DNA of 64,000 nucleotides from Sminthopsis crassicaudata. Its lineage: Eukaryota. Shown here one piece after another: positions 51,023 through 63,084 of this stretch. The first letter of the stretch is position 1; every line of letters begins with the position of its first letter. Position numbers and translations under genes: made by a program. The stretch is taken from positions 295,817,765-295,881,764 of the forward strand of contig NC_133620.1 in assembly GCF_048593235.1 (NCBI RefSeq), given 5' to 3'. The notes under the pieces were generated by a model. It did no database searches. It saw only the letters and a program-made list of their open reading frames with translations, and was not told where the DNA came from.

Positions 51023-54000
51023 TCACTCCAGTAAGGTGGTAGGGGAGTCCCCACTGGTTATAGGGGTTGAGGTCTGAAGATAAAAGGTTAGAAGTGAGAA
51101 GTCTATATATAGCTAAAATACCTAACCACAATCAATTCTTACCTGTTCTCTATTCCCCCTTGTCCAAGTTTACCTATCTCTCCCAATCCTCCCCCCTACC
51201 ACCCCTTGGAATTCACATCCACAAGCTGGTGCTGTGGCTCCAAGCGGGGCTGGGAAGGTGTGTCCGCAGGAGGTGGGATGGGCTTGACTGCCTCCACTGG
51301 GGTCTCCTGATGGGTAGGGGCACCTGCTGGGGGTGGGCCCGGGGGTACTGGCTCTTTGTTATCAGCCTGCATGGAAAAGGACACAGATAGTGATTATGAA
51401 AATGAGAAAGCTGAAATCAGCCCTATCTGCACACATAGATTAATTTTCCGTAGCTCTTACCTCAGGGGCTGCAGTCTGCCGGGGACCCGGAGGCTGTTGC
51501 CTCCTACGTTGAAAGTAAGGCCGATTTCGTGGGCGCTGGGGCTCAGGCCTGGAGCCATCTGTGGGACCCTGGCTGGGTTTGGTCTCTCCATCGCCACCTT
51601 CTGTGGTGGGCTGCTGTGGAGGCCGAGGACGGAAAGGCCTGTGTGTTGAGGAGAAAAACAATTGGATCAAAAAAAAAGCAAGACATCCTTCCTACTTGCC
51701 CCACCCTACTTTAGCTCTCGGGTTGGAAGACCAAAGATTCTGCCTTGGCAAAAACTTACAACTGCTAATAAATCACAAGCCATAAGCCCAGGTCTACAAT
51801 TTTGGCTCCTTCCTCTCCAATCTCTTCAGAGCAAGGTTTCCGGTTCCTAAAAATCCTATACTCTTAGAAGTTAGGCATGTTGTCATTTAATTTCCTCCCC
51901 CTAATCTCAATTTATTAATTTTTCTTAAGGCTCAATGTCTATTTTCAAGAAAACAACAGTAATTGTAGAAAAGAAAAAGCACCAATATATGCAAATCAAT
52001 CTTTAGATAATATCTGGGACAGGGAAGATATGCTTACCTTCGATATCTGGGTCGGAATCTGGGTGGAGGTGCCCGTTCATCTCCCTGCTGCTGATCCCCT
52101 TCTAAGGGGGCTGGGTCTTTGGGCTCTACCCCATCTGTTCCCTGAAGATATGTAAAATTGGGGTTTGTGAATGTTCGAAATTTATAAAGATTCCACTTCC
52201 TAGAATATGTACTTAGCTTGGCCAGATTTGATGCAAATTTCCACAAGGACCCAAGCATCAACTTCTCTCTACCCTTCTGCTCACCACATTCTTCTTTCTA
52301 GGTGTCTAGGTAGGTTACTAGATAGAAAGTTGGACGTAGGTCAGAAGTCCTGAGCTCAAATTTTGCCTCAGATACTGTGTGATCCCAGGAAAGTCATTGG
52401 GAATAGAACTTGATCTCTTCTAGTTCAAAACTATGATTTGATACTTTACTTTTCTCTTAGGGCCATTAGAAACTTAAGTTACTACCTCCTAGGCTTTTGT
52501 GATTTAGGACACCTAGCAATCCAAACCTCTCACCTCCATAGGCTGCTGCTGGTTGGAGGGCCTAGGGCCCCTGACAAAACGTCGTCGGTAAAAGAAGGGG
52601 GGTGGGCGTCGTCGTCGAGGTCGCTGACTAGGATCCTCAGCACGTTCCCCTTCACTACCTGGCTCTGCTACCCCTGTAGGGGCCTCTGCCACCAGGGGTG
52701 GGGGTGCAGCAGGGCGTGGCCGGGGAATAAATCTACGAAAACGGCGTCGGTTGGGAGCATAGCGACTGCCCTTCACTGGTACCCCCCCTGGACCAGTCAC
52801 ATTAGCAGCTTCTGCACCCTGGGATGGAAAAAATCAGAACTCTTTCCCAACTCCAACTCCCCCCTGCCCACCCTACATGATCCACTCAGAACACATCACT
52901 GACTTATCTCAGGGCTAGTATCAGAGGTCACTAAAATTAATTTAGAATTTCTCTTTAACATCCCAACTGTTGATTGGGAATAATAAGATTGAGGCCCCCA
53001 TACCTTCTAGACGGGAAGAAGGGCCAAAAAAGTAGGGTAGATGATAACCTCATGAGGTTTTGAAGCCCAGGATTACCCTTCCCTTAAATCCTTATTCTTC
53101 CTGGTTTCTAGGTCCTCCTGCCCCTCCATGAATCCCCCAAACCTTCTCTCCTTCCACGACATCAAACTCCACTGTTTCCCCATCCCCAACACTGCGCAGA
53201 AACTTCCGAGGGTTGTTTCTTTTAATGGCTGTCTGGTTGGGGAAAAAGCAGTGAAAAGAGCTGGGACAAGACAGGAAGACACATCTTTTACCCATTAATA
53301 TCAAATATCCATTGCCTTAATGCTCAATAAGCTATATATCTAGAGGTAGAAGGAGGATTTGCAAAAAATAGGCCAAAGGTTTAGATTCTGACTAGGGATT
53401 CTGGTGTCCTGCTGTCCAAATATACTTCCCACCCAGACATACTTATCTCTATTTCCCATTAGGGAAATGTGATAAGTCAAAGAGGAAGAGACACAGCCAA
53501 CAGGTAGATAGGCAAGATTCATTTAGACAAAGTTTTCTATTCACTAAATTTATCAACCCTCTTTAGATCATTTTCTTCCCAATTAAAATGTTATATTCTG
53601 GATAAATGGCAGCTAACCTGATAAACTAATTCATATTATATTAATGGACAAGAGAATTAGTGTGGAATAGTAGAAAGCTGAACTCAAAACATTAAGATGA
53701 CCAGAACTCAAGTCCAGTCTCTCTAATCCTGGCCAAGTAAATTCCTTAATCTCTCAGTGCTCTAAGCAAATCTGATATGTAGAAGGTACTGACCCAAAAG
53801 GATAGAGGGAATTCCCTATTCTAATTCAATCACAGGCCCAATTCCTATCTCTATTAATAGGCACCACCTATTTCTAATAAGTTATTTAAGTTAGCACTTT
53901 TAATGCTTTAAAAATGACTACGGACTTTGTTTCAGTTATTTCAGGTACTTGTCACAGATGGGGCATAATGGGATTGGAGGCAATAGTAATAGCTTTTTTA

Positions 54001-56430
54001 AGGTTGCCATAGCAGATTCCCAGTTAAGATTAAGCAAGAGAGGTTCATTAAGTAACATTCAGAAAAAAAAAAAAAAAAAAAAACGATCCTTGAATCTTCT
54101 GATCCTACCTGAGAAGCCTGACTCTTACCTGGTGGACAAAGACATCCTCCTTGGTGTCATTCCTGTGAAATGGGAAGGGTCATCATTAGGGGGCTGAAGT
54201 GATGTTTGAGGCTTTGAGGGCATACTCCAAATTTGACTTTCCTGTTCCTGACCAATTAGCTGTTATTTTATTAACCAGTGCTTCTCGAAGGGATTGGTGG
54301 TGTATTTCTTTTTTTAAGTTTGGAAAGAACCACCTTGGAAGGTGTGATCTCTGCAGTCATTATAAGAGTATCAGCAGCTGGCAGGGGCTCCAGGTGGGGA
54401 AGGGTAAAGTCAAGTCAAGGTGTGGCCAGAGAGAGTAAGGACACCAATCTAAGACTCAGATGGGAAAACCAGTCTTGTGGCAAACAGGCAAAGGCACCTT
54501 GAACCTGCCAAGGTGCCCAAAAAATGGGACAGCTCTCTGCTTGCTTCTGCCCCACCTTCTACCCTCAGGGGCAACTCAAGAACTGGGTAGTTCTGGGTGA
54601 AGTAGTTCCTCCTCCCCCTTTCAAAGTGGTTGGAAAATTCCACTCTACCTCCTTCCTTCTTCCTTACCAAAGGAGGGAGAAAAGTGGGGGAGGTGGAACA
54701 GGAGATGCAGAACAGGTTTGGGGAGGGGAGACAAGGAGCCAGGAACCCTCACCAAGAGGCCACTGGTCCCTTCCCCCCAACCCTGACCCCAGACCTCTGG
54801 ATGGATCCCAGTCCCCAGGGTCTGGACACTCCCAATTTGACTGGAAATCCTGGTGAGAACAAGTTGGAGGGAGATTTAAGTGAGGAAGTAGAAATAACTC
54901 ATCCATTATCTACTCTAGTCATAATCTTAATATTCTCCATCTCCTAGGCCTCCCCAAAGATTAGCCGTTTCAGGCTCTAAGGCAGCTGAGTTTGCCAAAG
55001 GTCAGACTATGAAGCTGCCTGGGGTCTTCCCCGGAGACAAACTGGGCAGAGAGCCTACTGGGGGAAGACTTCACTTTTGACTTTGTATTTAACATTCAGT
55101 AGTCTTAATAGGCATTTCAAAGGGGGTATTTACGCCTGATAGGTAGGAAGGTGACCTTAGAATTGGAATCGAGTCAATCATTCCTACAGAAAGGGGAAAA
55201 AGGAACACTTCCAAAAGGAAATTCAGGGAAGGTGGAGATCTCCGCGGGCTGGGAGAGAAGAAAAGCTCTCAAACACTTATCCTGCCCCCAAGGCACGGCA
55301 AATAAAGGGGCAATTGGGCAATTCCAAGGGGGTGTGGCAGACTCCCTGCCAAGTCCGTGGATTCCTAGAGAATTAACCTTTGGCGGTAGGACATAATCGG
55401 AAAGACTGGGCTCCACTAAGGGAAAGCTTCATCTTCCATATAAGGGCGTGGTATTTGTGCAGTGGTTAAAGACGTTCAGACTAGCTTCAGCTGGACATTC
55501 GGGGCAACCATGTGCCTCAATAAAGGGTCTGGATGAAGTTATGGATCCTCCAACCACACAGCCCAGTTTGGAGGACATTCCCACCCCTTCCCTGCCTTAG
55601 GTACCTGTTGATGAATCCATAACCATTTCGGACGTTGAACCATTTGACAGTGCCCAGAACTTGGGTTGCTGCCAGGGGGAGGTCAAGTAGGGAGAATAGG
55701 GCAGGGGAAGAGAGATGGAGTTAGGCTCAATCAATTCTGAGCACACATCAAAAGTCCAGCCCCCACTCCTAATCTATTCAGGAGGACAGCCACACCAGTT
55801 TAGCTTCAGGGAACTTAATCTATCCCCAACCAACTCTAATTTTTGAACTTCCAAATAACTCGACCTCGAGCTCCAGAAGTCCTGAGCTCCACCACATTCA
55901 ATTCCAAGGTACCTCCCATACAGTCCTCTAGCTGTATTTGCCCCCCCAAAGCCCCCCACCTAGAGGACAAGGTCCCCGAGCGCTTCCAGAGTCCATCTGC
56001 CTCGCCCTAGTCCTTCAGTGGGAGTCCGCCTTCCTCCCTGCCTGGGCTCACCTGGCTCCCTATTCTCCCAGATCTTGGCCTCTCATTCACCTGCACCCTC
56101 AGCTCTACCTATTCAACCAGACCTTCCTCCCAAGGCCCCCTCAGGTGTCAGGCCCCTAGACCTGGCCCCCTCACCCAGCACCGGTTTGTCCGCCTGGCTC
56201 CGGGCGGGGGGTGCGGGGGTCCCCGGGGCTGCAGTCGTCGGGGCGCCTGGGGCTGCGGGGCCCGGAGCTGCGGGGATCCCGGCGGGGGGCGGGGCGGGGG
56301 CGGCTCCCACTCCCCCTCCCATCCCACCACCGCCAACGCCGGATTTCTGCAGGTCACCCCCGGGCGACACCACCCCGACCCCCGCCGCATCCACCGCCGG
56401 GGCAGCTGCCGCCGTCTCCGCCTCGCTCAT
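51023..56430 (-). CDS. YBX2: Y-box binding protein 2 (MSY2/contrin), canonical 8 coding exons, 353 aa
   Basis: Exons 56175-56430, 55605-55668 ([22 protein letters not shown]), 54129-54162 ([11 protein letters not shown]), 53143-53232, 52534-52818, 52038-52141, 51461-51638, 51023-51073 ([16 protein letters not shown]); total 1062 nt. Cold-shock domain RNP1/RNP2 present; a further 3'UTR exon starts at 50862. Confidence 0.97.
51217..51366 (-). CDS. Candidate extra Pro-rich cassette exon in YBX2 intron 7
   Basis: Strong acceptor (long pyrimidine tract then TGCAG, ending at 51367); open frame in phase 0 ([22 protein letters not shown]); possible donor GTGAAT at 51216, or CAG|GTAAGA at 51142. Confidence 0.45.
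52325..52500 (+). mobile_element. MIR-family SINE (YBX2 intron 5)
   Basis: gtcagaagtcctgagctcaaattttgcctcagatactgtgtgatcc..aagtca. Confidence 0.6.
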
Positions 56431-57050
56431 CCCGCCGGGTCCGGTACCGGCCCCCGCCGCCTCCGTTGCCGCCGCCGCCTCCTCCTCCGCCTCCTCCGCC
56501 GCCGCCCCGACCCCTCCCCCCCGCCCGCGCGCTCCCTCTCTCGCCCGGCCCGCTAGCGCCCCGCCTCCCCGCCAGGTCCTCGCGCCCCGAGCCTCTCCCT
56601 CGCACCACGCCCCCTCCCCGCTCCTCGCCGCTGCCGCCGGCCAAGCCCAATCTGAGGTGTGTGGGGAGGCTCCGGGAAGATACCCTCTTCCCCGCCCCCC
56701 AGCCTATACAGGACCAACAAGTCCAGCCCACGCGCTAGTCCAGAGCAGTCCCACCCCCAGGCTTCGCACGTGCCTGGTTCACTAGCACCTGGGACTATAT
56801 CCCCGCCTTGGCCCCGCCCACCGAACTTGGCCACGTGACTTAGTGAGTCGGGTTCATTGGCTGGTAAGTTCTCTTCTCCCCTCCCCCTCCTTTCGCCCCC
56901 TCCTTTTCCTTCCCCGCTCCATCCCTTTCCACCCGCCGCGGGAAATCAAACCGACCTGTCATACCCCAACCGCCACCTGCCGGCCCAGGGAGGGGCGGGG
57001 CTCCGCGAGTTCCTCCGTTACCCCTAGCTACAGAGGAGAGAGGAGAAGCT
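56150..57050 (-). promoter_or_regulatory. YBX2 CpG island / promoter
   Basis: Very GC-rich. GTCACGTGG E-box at 56831-56839, CCAAT at 56856-56860, TTTCCCGC E2F site at 56938-56945, CAACCG MYB-type site at 56967-56972. Confidence 0.75.
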
Positions 57051-58049
57051 GCCACTTATGTTCTGTGTGTTTGCGGAGTCCTGGTTCCTGAAGTCCCGCA
57101 GCGCCCTACACAGTCGCGCCTCCGACGTATCCACTAGGCCTGGGGTCCATCCCTCCCAGCCTCAGACCTCTGGTCGTAGTCCACATTCCCCACCCATCAC
57201 TCTCGCCCGGGCACCTCCTCGCTGTCTCCTGGGAGTCGGGGCTGGGATGCGTGAGGGAGGGTGCACGTTCTAAGCCGGGCCGAGGACTAATCATTGATAG
57301 CTGTGCTGGGGAAACGGAGGGAAAGGAGATTGGGACAGAGAAACAGGTGCGGGAAACCTCTGGGCGGAGCTTAAGAGTGAATGCGGTGCATCCTGGAAGA
57401 GGAGAGCTCGAGGTATTTAAGGACAAGAAGAAAGAATGCCCCGCCACCGAAGATCTTGGCTATAGGATAACATTTCCCTTTCCCTTCTAACTCATCTCCC
57501 CAAGTCCTTCGAGCTAGAGTAGCGGTGCACAAGAACCGAGTTCTTGGCTAACGAAAGCTAACCAGGCACTACAGGTTATCTAAATTAATCATGCTGGTTG
57601 GAACCGGATTCATTCCAGAAATTGACATGCATTGCCTACAGCCTCTGAGTTTGGTGTAAGCAGGGGAGAAGCTGTCCCTTCTTCCTTTACGGAAGGCTCA
57701 CTCACCTCCAGGACGCAGTAGGTTTGGGATAGGGTGCGGACGACAGACTCTTCTTTCTGCATCCTATCGACGGAAGATTCTGCCTTTCTGTTCCCAGTCC
57801 CTCTGATTCAGTCAATGAATCGCAGCGAAAATCCTTTCACTCAGACACTGACGCTACTCCCGATACTCCACTTCAGCCCAGCCACTTCGGGGTTAATCAT
57901 TTCCTTTACCTTCAGGAACTGCTTAACAAACTCCCCCTTTAGCCCAGAATTAGTCAGCTGTTCACTTACCTGGAACTAAAAGAAATTTGACTTCTTCGAC
58001 GAGACCTCTGTACGGTATCCAGTGCTCTTTCATGCTCTTGAGACGTGAG

Positions 58050-59330
58050 ACACAGTGACCACACTTTCTCATGTTCCCAGATTCTCCCTTTACACTTCGA
58101 GCCATCTTGACTTTGATTTTTGTTGCAGTCATTTATTAGAAATCACTCATAACTGCTATCTTCACGATCCAGGATTTTTCATTCTCTTTTTTATGATAAA
58201 CATTTATCCTTCCATCGCTCTCTACTTCGTTATTAAACTTACTCATGCTCACCTTTAAATCCAGTTACTCCCACCTCCCCTGTTTTTCTAGTCCAATATA
58301 ATTGCTCTAGACTCAAGACTGCTCTTTTAGTTTTTACAGTGAGTTAACTAATTCAGTTACCATTAAATACTTTGTTATTTTGTCATTCCTATATTGCCAG
58401 ACTCCCAAGCTTAGGTTTGCCCAATCAACAACATTCTTTCTCCACTGTTACTACTGTGCTGCTGAAATGTCTCTGGAGAAAGTTACACAAATGTGTTTAA
58501 TTTAACTGCAACTGTCAAATCTCAATCGAACTTTACATTACTGATTTTTTTCTTTTCAGAATCAATAACACAAACTGGTTATTCTGTACCTCAAAAAATC
58601 TTGTGATATCCCATGTTCTTTGCTCCTTTACTCCATTTTTTGACAAAGAGGTGGCTTTTCTTGCCAAGGCTACCCATTCTACTTGGGCGCTGGAATGAGT
58701 TCCTCTCTTCTGGAATGGTCTCTCTCAACACCTCCCCTTGATTATTCTCTTTCTCATATCCAACTCCCTGTTTACAAATGTTTGTCTCTATCTTTAAATC
58801 TTTGCTTGATCCTGACTTCTCCTTAAACTATCTTTTTATTTTCTTTTCACAGCCAAATATCTAGAATCAGCCATTTATGTTCCATTGTCTCCATTTACTC
58901 ATCTCCACTCACTCTTCAATTCTTTACAACTCAACTTCTAATCATAATACTTTGCTGAAATTAGTAATAAATCCAATGGCCTTTAATTCAGCTTTATTAT
59001 ACTTAAATGTTGTGAAACTTTTGACATTACTAACACTGGCTTCTGTCATACTGGTCTCTTTTTGTTCTCTTAGTTTACTTTCTCAGTCTCCTCTCTTGGA
59101 CCATTGTCCACTTCTACCCTTAAGTTTAGGTGTTCTAGACTGCATTCCCTTTCTATTCTATCGTCTTATTTCTTGGTGAATTTCCATAAATTCTCTACAC
59201 AATTATCTCTACACAGATAAATCACAAAACTACATATCCAACCCCAATCTCTCTTGAACTCCAACCCAATTTTTACTGTCTCCTGGACATCTCTACATGG
59301 ATGTCTCAAAAGCATCTCAAATTCAATACA
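58050..59330 (+). mobile_element. Degraded L2 body
   Basis: catctctacatggatgtctcaaaagcatctcaaattcaata and related L2-type motifs. Confidence 0.55.
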
Positions 59331-59334
59331 ACTG

Positions 59335-60285
59335 GTGCTCCAGATCACTCTTGATCAGAGAAATGCAAATTAAGACAATTCTGAAATATCACTGGCACCT
59401 GTCAGAGGCTAAGATGACAGGAAAATTTAATATTGGAGGAAATGTAAGAAAACTGGGACACTGATACATGTGGAACTGTGAACGGATCCAACCATTCTGG
59501 AGAGCAATTTGGAACTATGCTCAAAATGTTATCAAACTTGCATACTCTTTGATCCAGCAGTGTTTCTATTGGGATTATATCACAAAGAAATCTTAAGACA
59601 GGGAAAGGGAACCACATGTGCAAAAATGTTTGTGGCAACCCTTTTTGTAATGGCAAGAAATTGGAAAGTGAGTGAATGCCCATCAATTGGAGAATAGCTG
59701 AATAAATTATAGTATATGAATGCTATGGAATACTATTGTTCTGTAAGAAATAGCAGCAGGTTGATTTCAGAGAGGCTTGGAGAGACCTACATGAACTGAT
59801 GCAAAGGGAAATGAGCAGAATGATCATTATACAGGATAACAAGATTAGATGATGATCAATTCTGACGGATGTGGCTCTCTTCAACATTGAGATGATTCAA
59901 ACAAGTTCCACTTGTGCAGTGATGAAGAGAATTATCTACATCCAGAGAGAGAACCATAGGAACAGAGGGTGGAACACAACATAGCATTCTTACTCTCTCT
60001 GTTATTTGCTTGCATTTTTTTCCTCAATTTTTCTTTTTCTTCCTCCTTGATCTGATTTTTTTTTTTTGCTCAACCAGATAACTATATAAATATGTATACA
60101 CATATTGAATCTAACATGTATTTCAATATTTAACATGTATTGGACTACCTGCCAGATGGGGAGGAGGTGGGGGGAAGAAGGAGAAAATTTGCAACAAAAT
60201 GTTATGCAAGGGTCAATGTTGGAAAACTTACCCATGCATATGCTTTGTAAATAAAAAGCTTTAATAAAAATATTAAAAATTCAAT
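59335..60285 (+). mobile_element. Marsupial L1 3' fragment (ORF2 end, 3'UTR)
   Basis: cttgatcagagaaatgcaaattaagac..; TCAKMFVATLFVMARNWK; aataaaaagc A-rich end. Confidence 0.9.
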
Positions 60286-60309
60286 ATGACTGAAATGAAA
60301 CTCATAATC

Positions 60310-60455
60310 TTTTTTTTTTTTTTTTGGCAAGGCAATAGAGGTTAAGTGCCCAGGGTCACCCAGGTAGAAAGTGTTAAGTGTGTGAGTCTGGACTTGAACT
60401 GAAGTCCTCCTGACTATAGGGCTGTTGCTCTATCCATTTCACCATATAACTGCCC
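60310..60455 (-). mobile_element. WSINE1-type SINE
   Basis: T tail, then ggcaaggcaat..gttaagtgcccagggtcac..ctctatccat..actgccc. Confidence 0.85.
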
Positions 60456-61399
60456 AGAGAATCCTAATCTACCTATGATCTAATCCTAACATTAATATTA
60501 ATTGTGCTGATAATTTATGTTCTTAAACACTTCCCTATTTCTATTGAGAACACCATCATCCTTCTAGTCATTCAAGTTTGAAACCTTGAGTTTCAATTGA
60601 CCTTAGAATCAATTCAATTCAATTCAATGGGCATTTATTTTCATTGCAGTTTTTGTGCTTTAAATTTTTTTTCTATTGACATCTTTTATTTTTGTCTTTC
60701 ATTTTCAAATACATCCTTTTTCAGAGAGCCTTTCCTTGTAACAAAAAGGATAAAAAAGAGGAAGTACTATATGTTGTTTAGCAAAACTAAGCAATTTGTC
60801 AAATAAGACTGTCAGTATATGCAATATTTCATACTCATAGCCCTCCAACTTGCAAAAGAAGTGAGAAGGAATGCATATTTTTTTTGTCTTTGGGGCTAAA
60901 TTTAATCATTCTAGTTACAATAATGTTCAAAAGCATTTGCATCTATCCAAAACTATGTATAGCTATATGTCAGGTGCCATATTAGGCCCAGGATATACAC
61001 AGACTAATAGAAAATAGTTCCTTTTTTCTAGGAGCTTGCATTGAAGTGGAGAAAACAGTAGGTACACAGTTAAGTACAGTAGATATAAAAATTGAAGATA
61101 AATTAGAAAGGGTAGACACTAACCTTTAGAAAACAGGAAAATCCTGTAAGAGATTGCACTTGGGATAACCTTCAAAGGGAACTAGGGATCCTAGGAGGCA
61201 GAGGTAGAGCATTCCAGGCATGAGGCATATACAAAGACACAAAGGCAGAATATGGAATGTTGTATATTGGGAATAGCAAATAGGTCATTTTCCTTTAAAG
61301 TGTAGGAGAATAATGTGAAATATATTTGACTTGAACCAGACTGTGAAGAACTTTCAATGCCAGAGATGACCTTGCATTTTCATAGAAGTAATGTTGTTA

Positions 61400-61810
61400 T
61401 GAACAGGTACATGGTACAGTGGATGAAGTATAGTATCTGGAATCAGGAAGACCTGAGTTCAAATGTGACTTTGGACTAGGTGACCCTGGACAAGTCATTT
61501 AATATTTCCTCATTTATAAAATGAGCTGGAGAAGGAAATAGCAAATTACTCCAGTAGCTTTGCCAAGAAAACTCCAAACCAAAGAGGTCAAGAAGAATCA
61601 GATATTTAACAATATTTTTGTTCAATTGTGTCTGATTCTTAGTGACTCAGTGGTTTATACTGTCCATGGTGCTTTCTTGGCAAAGTGGTTTGTCATTTCT
61701 CCTGTGGATCAAAACAAATAGGTAGTGACTTGCCCAAGATCACACAGCTAGTACGTGTTTAAGGCTGGATTTAAATTCAGGTTTTCCTGACTCCAGGCCC
61801 AACATTCTTA
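61400..61810. mobile_element. Two MAR1-type SINEs in opposite orientation
   Basis: RTE-type tail ggagaaggaaatagcaaa..ctccagtagctttgccaagaaaac near 61530 (+); its reverse complement tttcttggcaaagtggtttgtcatttctcc near 61675. Confidence 0.7.
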
Positions 61811-62460
61811 TTTGTGGACTCATCTAGCTGGCTCCTATAGAAGTAACAGGGAGTCACAAATTGATGTAGTTATTTCCCCTATTTTCTACATTTTATCACC
61901 GACTTCTGTCCCTAATGCTATTCTTCCACATTTCTGCCTCTCCAGATCACCAGTTTCAAGCATGACCTCAAGTATGCTTCTAGATCTTTCCTTATCCACG
62001 CCCTGCCCCCCACAGTTGTTAGAGTTTTACCATGAAATTATTTTGTATTTATAATGTATATACTTTGTATTTGTTTTATTTATGTTTATGTATCTTCATC
62101 CACCTCGAACTTCTTGAAGGCAGGAAGTGTTTTTGTCTTTGTATGTCTAGGTAAGTATTTAAATAGATAGCTATAGAAACACACACGTACACACACACAC
62201 ATATATATAAAATGTTAAATTGCACTGGATAAATGATAGGATCTAAGAGGGGATAGTCAATGTGAAGAAGCAGAGGGGAGGAGTATCTGCTGGTCAATAT
62301 AGTAGGCACTATTTAAAACTAGCTATTAAGTTCAGGTGGCTTTATGAATGAGACCTGGAGTTAGAAGACCCACTTGTGAGCTTTGTGATGTTAAGTTACC
62401 CTGCCTCATTTTCCTTAACTGCAAAACGGAGTTATTACATCTACCTCAGGGGATGTTTTA

Positions 62461-62609
62461 TTTATTTTTATTTTTGCTGAGGCAATTGGGGTTAGTGACT
62501 TGCCCAGGGTCATACTGGTAAGAGGTGTTAAGTGTCTGAGGTCAGACTTGAACTCTTATCCTCCTGACCTTTGGGATGATGATCTAACCACCATACCAAC
62601 TCAATACCC
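62461..62609 (-). mobile_element. WSINE1-type SINE inserted into a MIR, with TSD
   Basis: TSD caggggatg(t/g)ttta at 62447-62460 and about 62610-62623; MIR sequence on both sides (62320-62660). Confidence 0.85.
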
Positions 62610-63084
62610 CAGGGGATGGTTTAAAGATCAAACAAGACAGTTTCTAAAAGCATTATGCACTTGACACAGAGTAGATAATACATAAAAGCTAATTCTCTTT
62701 GCCTTCCCCAGCATAAGTACTTAGAGAAACATTGTTTCATGGAAGGGATTGTTTTTTATGGAGGGGCATATAGAAGTATAGAGAAAACAAGGCATGGAAG
62801 CCCTCCTAATCTTCCTTGGGAAGGTGAAATCCCACTAACAAAGTTAACTCCATTATTACAAAGATGACAGGCCAGAGACTTTTGTCCATGATACCCAACT
62901 ATAAATTTACTATATTTTGTTCTTTAGGTTGGCTTTTCTATAAGATCAATTTGGTGAACTTTCTAATCAAGTTTAGAAATTACAAAGCATTGAGTCTTTG
63001 GGGCTGTGATAGTCTTTCCTCATAGAGAAAGTGGGTGTGCCCACTAGTATCTTCTTGAGAAAATAAAAGAACTGCTCTTATTTA

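Noticed and set aside
56018-56785. 255-aa and 175-aa + strand ORFs
   Set aside because: Antisense to YBX2 exon 1 and its GC-repeat leader; no domain.
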